Source: Macrostomum lignano (Eukaryota). Taken from it: a stretch of DNA of 64,000 nt. The position numbers and the translations under genes were made by a program. The notes beneath the pieces are model-generated. The model did no database searches, was not told where the DNA came from, and was given only the letters and a program-made list of their open reading frames with translations. Positions 53,131 to 64,000 of this stretch are shown here, piece after piece (position 1 is the stretch's first letter; every line of letters starts with the position of its first letter). Location: assembly GCA_002269645.1 (NCBI GenBank), contig NIVC01002210.1, positions 124,001 through 188,000 of the forward strand, given 5' to 3'.

Positions 53131-56100
53131 ATGGAAAAGCTACTACGCGATCTGCATCCAGAGCTGCAGGAAATGCTCACAAATGCGGAGGTTTCGCGAG
53201 ATTTTCGCCAACTCAAAAAGCACCTTAAAAGGCAACAAATGGAGTTGAAAAAAAACCTGAAGCAGCTGCAAAAGAAAGAAAAAGAAGAAAAAGAAACCAG
53301 CAGCGAGTCGTCCAGTAGTGAAAGTGATGAAGACGGCGATGACCAAATAGAGGCAGAATTGAAGGCCCTGTTTTTTTCCGTCCAAATGGGAGACGTTAGC
53401 TTGTGTAGCCATATTCTTCAAACGGGTGTCAGCGTGAATAGCCTTGGTCCAAAGAAGGCGACACCGCTACATTTGGCGGCGCACGAAGACAAAGCAGACA
53501 TTGCGAATTTGCTGCTGTCCAGGGGTGCCGATGTCAACGCAGTGGACCGTGACGGCGACACTCCGCTAATGCTTGCTGTAATGAAAAAGCATCGATTGCT
53601 CGTCCGCATTCTTGTTGAAAGGGGCACAGACCTGACAAATAAAAATAAAAAAAATCTGACTGCAGCTGATATAGCCTTAATGCTTGAGGACTTAGAGATT
53701 CTCGAGTTGCTAGAGGCAAAGCAGCAGGCCCTCCAGTATGATCCGAAAGTTCACGATGAAACCATTCTACGTCTCGTCTCGAAAGGAGAAAGGCAAATGA
53801 TTGACTATTGGCTGAAGAATTTCCCAAAGCAGGATAGCAAGCGTTCGGCCGATCAGCAGTACAAGGATGGTCGAACCATCGCATTCGCAGCGGCGCTCAG
53901 TGGCTCAATGGAAATTTTGGAACTCGTTGATAAATATGGAGCAAATCTGGATCTACCAGATAATTCAAATAGTTCTCCTTTGTTCTGCGCAGCACAGAAT
54001 GGATTCGAGAAGATTGTGAAGCTACTTTTGGAGAAAGGTTGTGACGTAAACCGTGTTAACAAAAACGGTAGAACCCCTTTGTTTTTTGCGATTCAGACAA
54101 GCAATTTGGGTATTTCAAAGCTTTTGATTGAGGCCGGAGCGGATGTGAACAAGAGAGATGCAAATGAAACTTGCCCTCTTGCTCACAGCATTCTGTCAGG
54201 AAGTCAAGAAATATTCGACTTGTTAATTGAAAAGAATGCAAACCCCAGAGTCTTCGACAAAGATGGACACGATCTGGTGATTCTTTCCACTTCATTCAAG
54301 CGATTCGAAATTCTTAAGAAGCTCCACAAGTTAGGCTTGCCTCTGGATCACGTGAACGAAAAAGACGGAGAGACACCTCTGCTGTCAGCTTGTCAAACAT
54401 CTTCACCGGAAGTTGTCAACTATCTACTTGACAACGGATGCAACGTTAAAGTGATGAATAAGAAAGGTATAACTCCAGTCCTAAGAGCAAGTGTGATGGG
54501 TGATCTAAAAACTGTGAAACGACTAAAGGAGCACGGAGCCCAGCTGGATGTTCCCGCGGTGTCTGGAGACACAGCCATTCTAGCTGCAGCTTTGCGGGGC
54601 AAGACCTCGCTAGTTGAATTCTTGTACAAAGAAGGCTGCAGCGTAACAACTTCAGATGATAATGGCAAGGGCTTGGCCCACCTCGCTGCCTCAAAAAGCG
54701 ACACTGAATTGCTTGATGTCATTCGTCGAGCATCAGCACCCCTTGACGAACAAAATAACAAAGGCAATACGCCTCTCATTATTGCAACAATTCAACCAGC
54801 AAATTTAGACCTGATAAAGCGGTTTATTGAACTCAAGTGCAACGTGGAGACAAAAAACAATAAAGGAAACACCGCTACAAGCATTGCAGTAGAGCAAGGC
54901 AGCGTGGAGGCCTTGAACTATCTGATCTCTGTCGGAGGTAACCTCGGGAATATTACAAAGACTGGTGAGACGACCACAATGCAAGCTGCAAAAGGCAATC
55001 ACCTTGAGGTTCTGAAGATTATAAGTACTTCAGCATCGCAGTCAAACGTCAATTCAACAGACATAAATGGGAAAACAGCGGTCCATTTTGCTGCTCTCTC
55101 TGGCCGGTTAGAGATAATTGAATTTCTGAAAAACGAGATGAAGGCGAACTGCGATTTGGCAGACAAGAATGGCAACACACCGTTCATGCTGGCTGCTGGC
55201 AAGGGACACAAGTCTGTGGCGGAGAAGCTGCTCGACTTTGGTGCTGACATTCATCTGAGAAATAAAAATGGTGAGAACTCCGCCCATCTCGCAGTGAAGG
55301 GAAATCACGCTGAAATGCTGAGGTACCTGAGCATGAAATCATTTAGACCAGGAAGACAAGGATGGCGTCACGCCCTTGATGCTGGCGTGCAAAGAGAAAA
55401 GCCTGGAAGCCGTTAATTTTCTTCTATCGAAAGGCTGCGCTAAAAACTCAGTGGCTAGAAACGGTCGCAAGCTGATCCACGCCGCCTGTGAAGGCGGCAG
55501 TTTGCCCGTGGTCAGGCGGATTGTCAACTTGGGCGAGCCGATCGACTCGAGAGATACGAGCGGTGTAACTCCACTAATGATCGCAGCCAGAGGCGGTTTC
55601 ATAAAGGTCGCCCAGTTTCTACTCAAAGAAAAGAAAGAGTTGTTATCAATGAGTGATGAGTCAGGGAAAACAGCCCTTGATCATGCAATTCTCTCTGACC
55701 ACGTGAAAGTAGTGCAATTACTAATTGAAAGTGGCAGTGACATTGAACATGTGATGGACGATGGCAGAACTCCGTTGCTACTTGCTCTCGAGAAGTCAGT
55801 CAAAGTGAAGCAGAAAGTGGCATCCTTACTGATCAATAGCGGATCCGATGTGTTTAAAAAAGCTGCAGATGGTCTTAGTTCAGCTCATGTAGCATGCAAA
55901 TTCAACAAGCTGCTCAGTCTGAAGAAGCTCATGGAAAAAGGAGTAGGTTTGGACACTCTCACGCAGAATGGTGATTCGTGTCTGACACTGGCAGTGCCGA
56001 AAGGTGACCCTGATCTCATCAATCTGCTACTTGAGTCCGAACTTGACAGAAGGCACACGAACTTGCAGGGACATTCCGCTGTGTCACTGGCGTGTCTGAG

Positions 56101-59100
56101 AGGAGATGAAAAAATATTTTCGATGATGTTTCCTTTGTCTTCCGATGAGACAACAAAACGATATTCAAATGACAATACGCTTTTGCACTTTGCCTGTGAG
56201 GGTGGGTCGAAAGAAGTGATACAAAAATTGATCACTGAACACCACATGGAAGTCGATGCAACAAACGACCGCTCGGAGACGCCACTGCACATCACCTGCC
56301 GCACTGGGAAGGACGACTTGGTTACTTTGCTGCTGCAGCAGCACCATGCGAATGTCAATGCTATTGATGACAAAGGAGAAACTCCAATTTTCCATGCTGT
56401 TGCCAAGGGCTCGATTGAAACGTGCTCCGCCCTGATCCGAAACGGCGCGGATCTGAATGCCGTTAATAAAGACGGAATCTCCGTTCTTTGCAAGGCGTAC
56501 TACGAAGGCAGGAGTGCAATCTTTCGGCTGCTCAAGTCTAAACACCCAACTATAAACGCCAATCTAAAGCAGTTGCCTGGAAATATCGGCATATTCTCGC
56601 AAAATATGAAAAATATGAATATAAAAGTTTTAAAGCGTTTGTTTGATGAAGGCCTCCCTGTTGACAGACGCGAAGGCAGCGCACACTTGCTGCACCATGC
56701 CATCGAGTTTTGCCGCAGCGATATTATCAACCTTCTTTTAGACAAGAATGCCGAATTGAGAGTAAAGGACGTTAACGGACGCACTCCTTTATTTCAATCA
56801 ATTATACATGGCAGAATCGATGTGGCAACCAAAATCCTATCGCAATGCCCTGAAGCCAAAGATGATGTTGACAACGATGGCAATACTATACTACACATAA
56901 TAGTTCTAAGCGGCAAACCGAGCACGCTACAGTGGATTCTCGGTAAATATACATTCGATAAGACCCAAGCCAACAAGAGTGGCAGGACGGCATTGCATGT
57001 TGCAGCTGCTGTCGGAAGCATGGAGATGTACGAGATGTTGCTCAAGAAAGGCTGGGATGCTACAAACAAAATAAAAGCTAGCGTGAATTCAAAGACAAAA
57101 GTTAGCGTTGGACATCTTGCCGTTCTCTCTGGCAACATGAGCTTTGTTCGACAGCTGCATGAAACTGGCGTCCTATCGAAGCACATCGGCAAGACCGGTC
57201 CCTCTATTCCTCAGCTACTTGCACAAGCGGGCCAGATGAAAACACTCGACTGGTTTTGTCGATCCACAGGAGTCAACTTTGAAGACTCTGGCTTCTTGTC
57301 TGTAAGAAATGCGGCGTTCGTCAGTGGCCACGAGCAGATGGCTGACTGGATTATCAAGAGGGGAGTGGATTTAGAGCAGAGAGACAGCACAAATGGCCAG
57401 CCAGGCTCCCTAGCTGCGGTGCTTGGTGGGAACTTTCATATTGTAAGAAAGATTTTTGAAGAACAACAATGCAGTACTTCCGCTCGCACTAAGCATTGCT
57501 CCAGCCTGCTGCACATGGCTGTCTGCTCAAGGAACGAACCGCTGCTGCGCTATGTCCTCCAAAAAGGATGCCCAAGAGAGGAAACTGACAACGATGGGGG
57601 CACACCGATATTAGAGGCTGTGTGGGCTTCAAATTGTAGGTTTGTGAAAATATTGCACTCGGAGTACCAGTGCAATCTTAAAAAAGAATGCAAGCTGCAA
57701 TTCAATGCCGCTCACTACGCTGCAATAACCGGAAACCTTGAAATATTTGAGTACATAAAGCAGCACCTGCCAGAAGCATACTTCGACGCATGTAACATAC
57801 ACGGAAACACACCGTTAATGCTGGCTGTTTTGTATTCAAAATCCGAGTCTGTCAAATACTTGTTGGAGAAATTTAGTCCGGAAATTGACAATAAAAATAA
57901 GACTAGTAGCACGGCTCTTCACTGGGCCGCGCTAAATGCGGACAAGAATATCACGGAATTGCTGCTGGACAGAAACCCAACTGTGGACATCCAGGACATG
58001 GATGGCGCTACACCTTTGATGCTGGCTGTTCAGTCGGATTCAGTCGATTGCGCTGACCTTCTGCTGAGAAAGGGTGCATCAGCTACGACGGAGAACACTT
58101 ATGGAGAGAGCGCATTGACTCTCATGCAGCACAGCAAGGATGAATCTATGCGGAAATTGAGTGAAGAGTTGCAGGAACAACTTCAGTTGGAGCGGCAAAG
58201 CGGGTAGGAATTTCTGAACCTACGCTATATTCAAAATCAACTTCTATTATTTCAAAATTCTTGCCAAAAAACTCCGCAACACTCTTCTAGGCCTGTATTT
58301 GGACACTCGCTGGGACACTGCTCCCTCAAAAGCATTCACTACAACGACCACTTTCCCGAGGAAGAACCCGCTGAGCAGCTGGACGAGTCAGACGTCGAAA
58401 TTGAAGACGAGGCGAACGAAGAGCCCGAAGCAGTTCAACAACAAGATGAGCCATATCAGGCTCAGAGCGAAGTACGAGCACCGTCAGTGATCAGCAGGCG
58501 CACAGCTGGCAGCGCTGTGACTAGGACATCAGTGCCACAGTCTGAACGACCATCGGAAGGGTTCGTGCATAAGTTTTTGAGCTTCATAATAAATTATAAT
58601 TCACTGTATGCAAACTAGGCTGTGAAGTGGGTTCGGTTGAAACCTTATTTAACGGAAGCTTGGGTTGGATAACCTATTTTGCCGTAGTAAATTAAATAAA
58701 TTGATATAAAAATTTATAAAATAAATAAAATAAAACAAATTTATAAAATTGATATTAAAATATAAAATTTAAATTGATATAAATTAAAACAATATTTTCA
58801 TTACCCCGTTTCCAGGCGACTCAGAGGGAATGTGATCAGCACTGAAGTCTATGAGGCTGGCAAATCGACTGTTTCTATCAAGATTGTCAACCCTACGGAA
58901 GCCAATATACAGCAAGCGATCAAATCTCTTGAAGAGCTAAGAAAACTTGTGAGCGAAAGGGACGTTGTAGAAAATCATCTTTGCCGTATGCAACCACCGA
59001 GCCTCTGTATTGAAGTGAAGACAGATCAGCCTGGTCGGCCACTGGAAGATCATTTAGAAGAGCTGCGAGACCGAGAGCATCGCTACCTCCCAGAAGGCAC

Positions 59101-59635
59101 TGGCCTTAAAACCGCCAAGTCAATTCTCTCCGGATTGAAATATCTTCATTCAAAAGGCATTGTACACGGGTGCCTTCGGCTGACGAACATACGAATTGTT
59201 GGCGAGGAAATTAGGCTGGGACAGTACGGCCAGCTGATGCGCATAAGCAGACTCAGCCAGCACTATCAACAGCCCGGCTACTGGCGCAGTGATCCGTTTA
59301 CCGCGCCTGAGGAGCGTCAACTGACTGGAACTGGCGCGATCGACCGATTATTTACGACATCAACAACAGCTGTGGACATGTGGGCGTTCGGCTGCACCTT
59401 GCACGAGGTTCTAATCGGAGCCCCGCCAGAACGGGGCGCGGAGAACCTTGGCAGCGACGCCGATTATGTGACTCGCACATTTGCTAGAGTTCAAAACCTG
59501 GACAATGTGCCCAGTACCATGCTACAGCAGCGTCGGATCTTTCCGGAAAATCTTCAGAATGCTTTTCTGAGAGTCTACGTGAAGCTGCCTGAGGATAGGC
59601 CTTCCGCTCCGACTCTTCTGAACGATCTTCAATGA
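53131..59635 (+). CDS. Giant ankyrin-repeat (~45 repeats by length) pseudokinase, ~2,050 aa; exons 53131-58203 (frame break at ~55340), 58291-58560, 58816-59635
   Basis: ORFs 53041-55416 and 55376-58207 are continuous ANK arrays. Phase-2 introns 58204-58290 and 58561-58815 join an acidic linker and a kinase-fold ORF (VSIK, HSKGIVHGC, LGQYG, TAPE, DMWAFG). Confidence 0.8.
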
Positions 59636-61499
59636 AGAGCAAGTTGTTTTTGAATTACGCTCGTAAATACTGTAATGAATTTTGGCGTTTTTGTTTCGAA
59701 CACTATAAAATTGAACACTCCAAGCATATGCTATCTTTTTGCACCCTTCTTCTTTTCTGCAGTTTCATGGGATGAAATTTTAAGTTAACTTCTCTTGTTT
59801 TAATCAAAGAGTACCCTTGAGGGTCACCGAGTCTCGGTCTCGAGTCGGTCTCGGTCTGAGGGTCTCGGTGAGGGTCACTGAGAATCCACGGACGTCTAAC
59901 CTCCTTTCACCAATGGTATACGTGTACGAGAAAATCATCCAAAACTTAGAAATCAGATATAGTCCGAACAATAGTTGAGGCCGAGGCATCGGGTGCCCTT
60001 TTGAAGTTACTTTAAATTTAATGTAACTCGTGCCTTGAATCAAGCTACATGTACACCTAGGTCGAGTCAGTTCTAGGTAGCTAAGGAGAAGACCGGTCCA
60101 TGGCCCTCTCCGATGCTTTGAAATTTTTCCTGCAGTGTTCTTCACCACTTCTATTCGAGTGTTGCCGTATATATGTAATCGAGCTGCATTAACCTTCCAA
60201 TGACCTGCATAAACCCCCTAGAATGAGAAGCCTGAGTGACCAGACGGCCGACTCTAACTACTCGCATTAACCTAAAATATGTTATTTAGCCGATAATGCA
60301 GTTGTTTTTATAATTTGTCGCTATATATTATCGACAAAACTTTATTCACATCTGCACATGCACAAAATATTCAGTTGAAATTATATATTTTGGACAATGA
60401 GTTGGTGCATATTGTGTAGTACGTCGTATTGGTGTATGTGCTACCATTCATACTCGTACATACATGAACATAAACATGATAACGAATTTCTTCCGTTTTT
60501 TAAACTTTTTATGTGCCCATGTGTATTACTTATACGCTCGTAGCTACAATCTCTCTGTGTATTTCTGCCATTATTTATTCTGCTTTGTGCTTTGAAGTAA
60601 TTTTTACTCGTGGCTATCTGGTGCGTTGATCGCTATGAAATTTTTATTTAGTGCCGTTTCTCTTCTCTCTAATATGTCTAACAGTCTAACAACTTTTACG
60701 CCAAATAGTAATCAATGGCTATTATGAAAATATACGCTAGTACGAATAATGTTTTAAAAATTACCTAAATTTACTCCTCAAATGCACGCACATGTACGCA
60801 GTTGCACTGCTTGTGCAGGTATACTATCAAAATTCTGAAGTACAAGTGTATATAGTACATTAGCTGGGGCAAGGTCCGGGGAACCGCGCTATGGTGCATT
60901 GCAGTTCCTTGCATGGGCGGTGGTGGCGTACATGTACATGATACATGTAGATAGGGTTTCTAATCATTTCCAGGGCGCCAGCTATCCATGCACATGTTTA
61001 AATGTATAAAGTGCAGTTTTTTTTTCTCGTGCGTTTATATGCACGCTCATATGCATGTAAATAGATTTACATGTACATGCCTGCACAATTACCTTGTACC
61101 GGAAGAATTCATGGAGAAGCAGTGCATGCATGGTTTCGGCCAAAACCTGCTTCCGCAAGCCACCCGGCAGGCTCGCGACTAGTAGGCTGCAAGCGGAGGC
61201 AGTGGAATGCGCGCGGCCGGAATGCGTCACGGAGGCAGGCACAGCTCGATCACGTGCTTGTGCGTCTTCTTGAGCGCCGCCGCGACGTCAACTGTCGTGC
61301 CATAACGCCGATATCGTCGTGATACCATCGGCTCCGCGTCTGCGATCTACGTCTATGGGATCCGCTCTACCGTCTGCTGAAGCGGCCACCGCGGTGCTAC
61401 TACATGTGCACCGAGACATGTCGCCATTTCGCCAGCGCCTTCGCCAGGGCGTGCCAGAGTACGAGGAGTAAGTCTAGGCTGTCTACCTGCAATAAAAAC

Positions 61500-61978
61500 A
61501 GGCAGCTGTTGATGACCACCGCCACCGCCGCTGAACCCGACGCCAAATTAGGGCCCGTGGCCTGGTCCGCCGTCAACGCTCTGACCGGGCGGAAGCCTCG
61601 CATCCCGCTTAACCTAGCTGGCGACACTCTAGATGAGTGCATAAATGTCGAGCTGCGCAATCGAGTGCTTCACCGCCATCGTCAACGCGCCGCGGCTTCA
61701 ATGTATAGCCCCAGTCAGCACAGCCGACTTGTTGTGATGCTCGTGCCCATGAAGCTCACTCTGGCGGCAAAGCGCTGGATCTGGACATGGTGCCCATCGA
61801 GGCGCTGCGACAATACTCTGCAGTGGCCAGCGAGGTAGCCATGCAGTGTGATGATGCGCTTTTTGGAGAGGCGGCACATCGACGCACATCGTCGGTTTTC
61901 CAAAGAAGCCCGGCACCTTAACGTTAAAGGAGCGCCGAGGCATCTGCCTGCAGTCCTGCGCCCCGAAGCTGTTCAACC
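61500..61978 (+). mobile_element. Degenerate non-LTR retrotransposon (RTE-type) fragment, N-terminal RT region
   Basis: Frameshifted motifs GGKALDLDMVPIEALR (GKAxGPDxIPxE type), FPKKPG and RGICLQSCAPKLFN (RGISLxSxxxKxFN type). Confidence 0.6.
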
Positions 61979-63411
61979 ATGTGAAATAGTGAGGGTTGTC
62001 TTGGGGTGGTCTGGTGGGTCTTTGAATCCCACCGCTGCCACCAGTAGAGTACAGAGCTTTAATTTCCTTCCTGATTTGCAGGCACTTAAGTTCTGCCTTA
62101 AGCCTCGAGCCTCTCAGCTCGGAAGTCTTCTTGTAGCTCTTAGTAGCGTAGGTAGTGCTGCCACCAGTTCCTTCAGGTCTCGGCCTTCAGTGAGGTGAGC
62201 TTCCCGTCCCAACGAAATAAACAAGTCAACGAACTCAGCACAGCGTGCAGATTTCAAGATTAACGAACAAGGCGTCTGGTCAGCAGATCCCACCGGGTTC
62301 AGTGGGTGGTGGGGAGGCCGTATTAGCCTCCTTTAGGCTTGGGCGTCTAAGTTTAGTCAGGCCAATAAAGGAAGAGTTGATTGGACAATAGAACTGTCAG
62401 AAAAACTTTCAGAAACTGAGAAACTATAGACACTAAGAACGGAGAAACTAAGAAATAGATTGGAAAACACAAACTTAAGAACTTCCTTGACTGAACCAAG
62501 GCTTAGGGGTCCGTATTTATGGCCTGGGATTCTCCACTGCCCCAATGCGCACAAGACCTCGTGACTTTGTTCTATTTTTAGAACTGACGTCACTTGGGTC
62601 CTCGGGCAGAGTGCACCAGGCTGTGACTCAATGTCTAATTTTAGAAACATGAGTCACTCCTTTCCTTAGGGAAGGGAAGGGCTTGGACAACGTGATTCCT
62701 CAGTAAACACGGACCAAACACGGACTTCGAGAAAACAAGACTGTCATGTGACTTGCTTACATAACAAAAACAGGCCACCAGCGTGACCTCAGGACAGGAA
62801 CGAAACGCAGAGCAGGCCACAGCAGAGAAGCTCGTGGCTACAAGCAAGAGCGCAGAGAAGAGGGGGCGGGCGACAGAGAACAGGCAGAAAGATTGGAGGA
62901 AGGCTGCCCAGCGGCAGACAGCAACCCAAGGGCGAGGGCGAGGGAAACTGCTGACAATACTGCGACGCCTGACACCAAACTAGCGGCTCACTACATGCAG
63001 ATACTGCTTATTGCGGTTGCAGTCCGTGCTGTGATCCGTATTTGCGGCCTGAGCAAAAACGCGGGTTCCAGCCCCATCACGGCAGAGTGATGCAGATTCT
63101 GGTTTTTTGCCGAATTATGCTGCCAGCGTGGGCGCCCCAAATACTTCCGGTGGTGCGGCTCAGGCGTTTGCGCTCAGGCTTCGAAACGAGCACTGTGACG
63201 TTCTCAGCTCTCTCATGGCTCGCGTGACATTAATTGTTTATTTACAACGTATTTTGTTGCTGTTAATTTTGGTACATGTAAATTGAGGAACTTTTCGCAT
63301 TCGAAAAGTAGAACTTAGCTACGAGTACTTACATGGTACAATCAGATAGCTAATATAAACATGTAGTTATTTACAACATACAGTATACAGTATTTACAAC
63401 AGTATTTACAA

Positions 63412-63856
63412 CGTCCAGAGGGCGGCGTTGTTCCAGGCGGTGATCGAGACCGTCCTGCTGTACAACGCCGAGACCTGGACGCTGACGGAGTCGCTCTAGC
63501 AAACAAATTGACGCGGCGCATGCTGGTCTGCTGCGCGGTCACCTTCAAGATCGGCTACGAGCGAGTGACCAACGCGGCTTTGTATCGCCGCGCCGGCCTG
63601 GTCCGTCCAAGCGATCTATTGCACCGTCGGCGACTCCAGCTGGCAGGCCACATCATCCGTGCTGAGTAACTGCCGAGAGAGCCGGTGCAGGAGGTGCTGC
63701 TAACCGCTGCAGGCACCCTATACTACCTACGGGGGCAGGCGCGCACTCAGCATTTCGTCGACTGCCTGCTGGCTGACGCCGGCGCCCCGGATTCGGCCGG
63801 CGGCGTGGCGTTCATTCGCGACCTGAAGGCGCGCCCTATGACGCTAACTGCGTATT

Positions 63857-63901
<45 letters not shown>

Positions 63902-63940
63902 CATGTTGTTGCTGTTGTTGTTGTTGTTGTTGTTGTTGTT
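63412..63940 (+). mobile_element. Degenerate RTE-type LINE 3' end with (GTT)n tail
   Basis: ALFQAVIETVLLYNAETWTLT, VTNAALY and RRRLQLAGHIIR with stops/frameshifts, followed by a (GTT)n tract at ~63858-63940. Confidence 0.75.
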
Positions 63941-64000
63941 AAACAGTATAGACAACAAGACTGCTGTACATTCATTATCAATGCAATCGAGTGTTTAGCT

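Noticed and set aside
55294-55351. Micro-intron rescuing the ANK frameshift
   Set aside because: The 24- and 29-nt GT-AG candidates give the wrong frame; the 58-nt option would delete half an ankyrin repeat.
63685-63942. Poly-Val/poly-Cys ORF
   Set aside because: Translation of the LINE (GTT)n tail.

Overview
Eukaryotic (metazoan) genomic DNA, most likely a free-living flatworm such as Macrostomum. This is inferred from GC-rich exons, introns packed with private minisatellites and a spliced-leader-like motif. Nine protein-coding genes can be assembled from GT-AG junctions with consistent phases: an IR25a-like ionotropic receptor (+, 5'-truncated, 760-9179); a nested antisense ankyrin gene inside its second visible intron (-, 5651 to ~2560); an intronless secreted PAN + C-type-lectin protein (+, 10880-11623); an orphan 7-exon gene (+, 16798-20985); CLPB/Skd3 (-, 30606-23267); NUFIP1 (-, 34732-31545); a QRICH2/DUF4795-like gene (+, 40329-42780); ANKRD42 (+, 45369-52414); and a ~2,050-aa giant ankyrin-repeat pseudokinase with one frameshift (+, 53131-59635). 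Mobile DNA includes three non-autonomous Helitron-like elements carrying micro/minisatellites, two GG-ended TIR elements with 8-bp TSDs inserted 4 bp apart (one foldback-like), and a decayed RTE-type LINE. The most notable observations are a genomically encoded spliced-leader relic fused to the ANKRD42 start codon, the giant ANK-pseudokinase, Helitron-borne intronic minisatellites, and minisatellites made of tandem copies of the host splice sites. All homology calls come from recognising motifs by eye; no searches were run.
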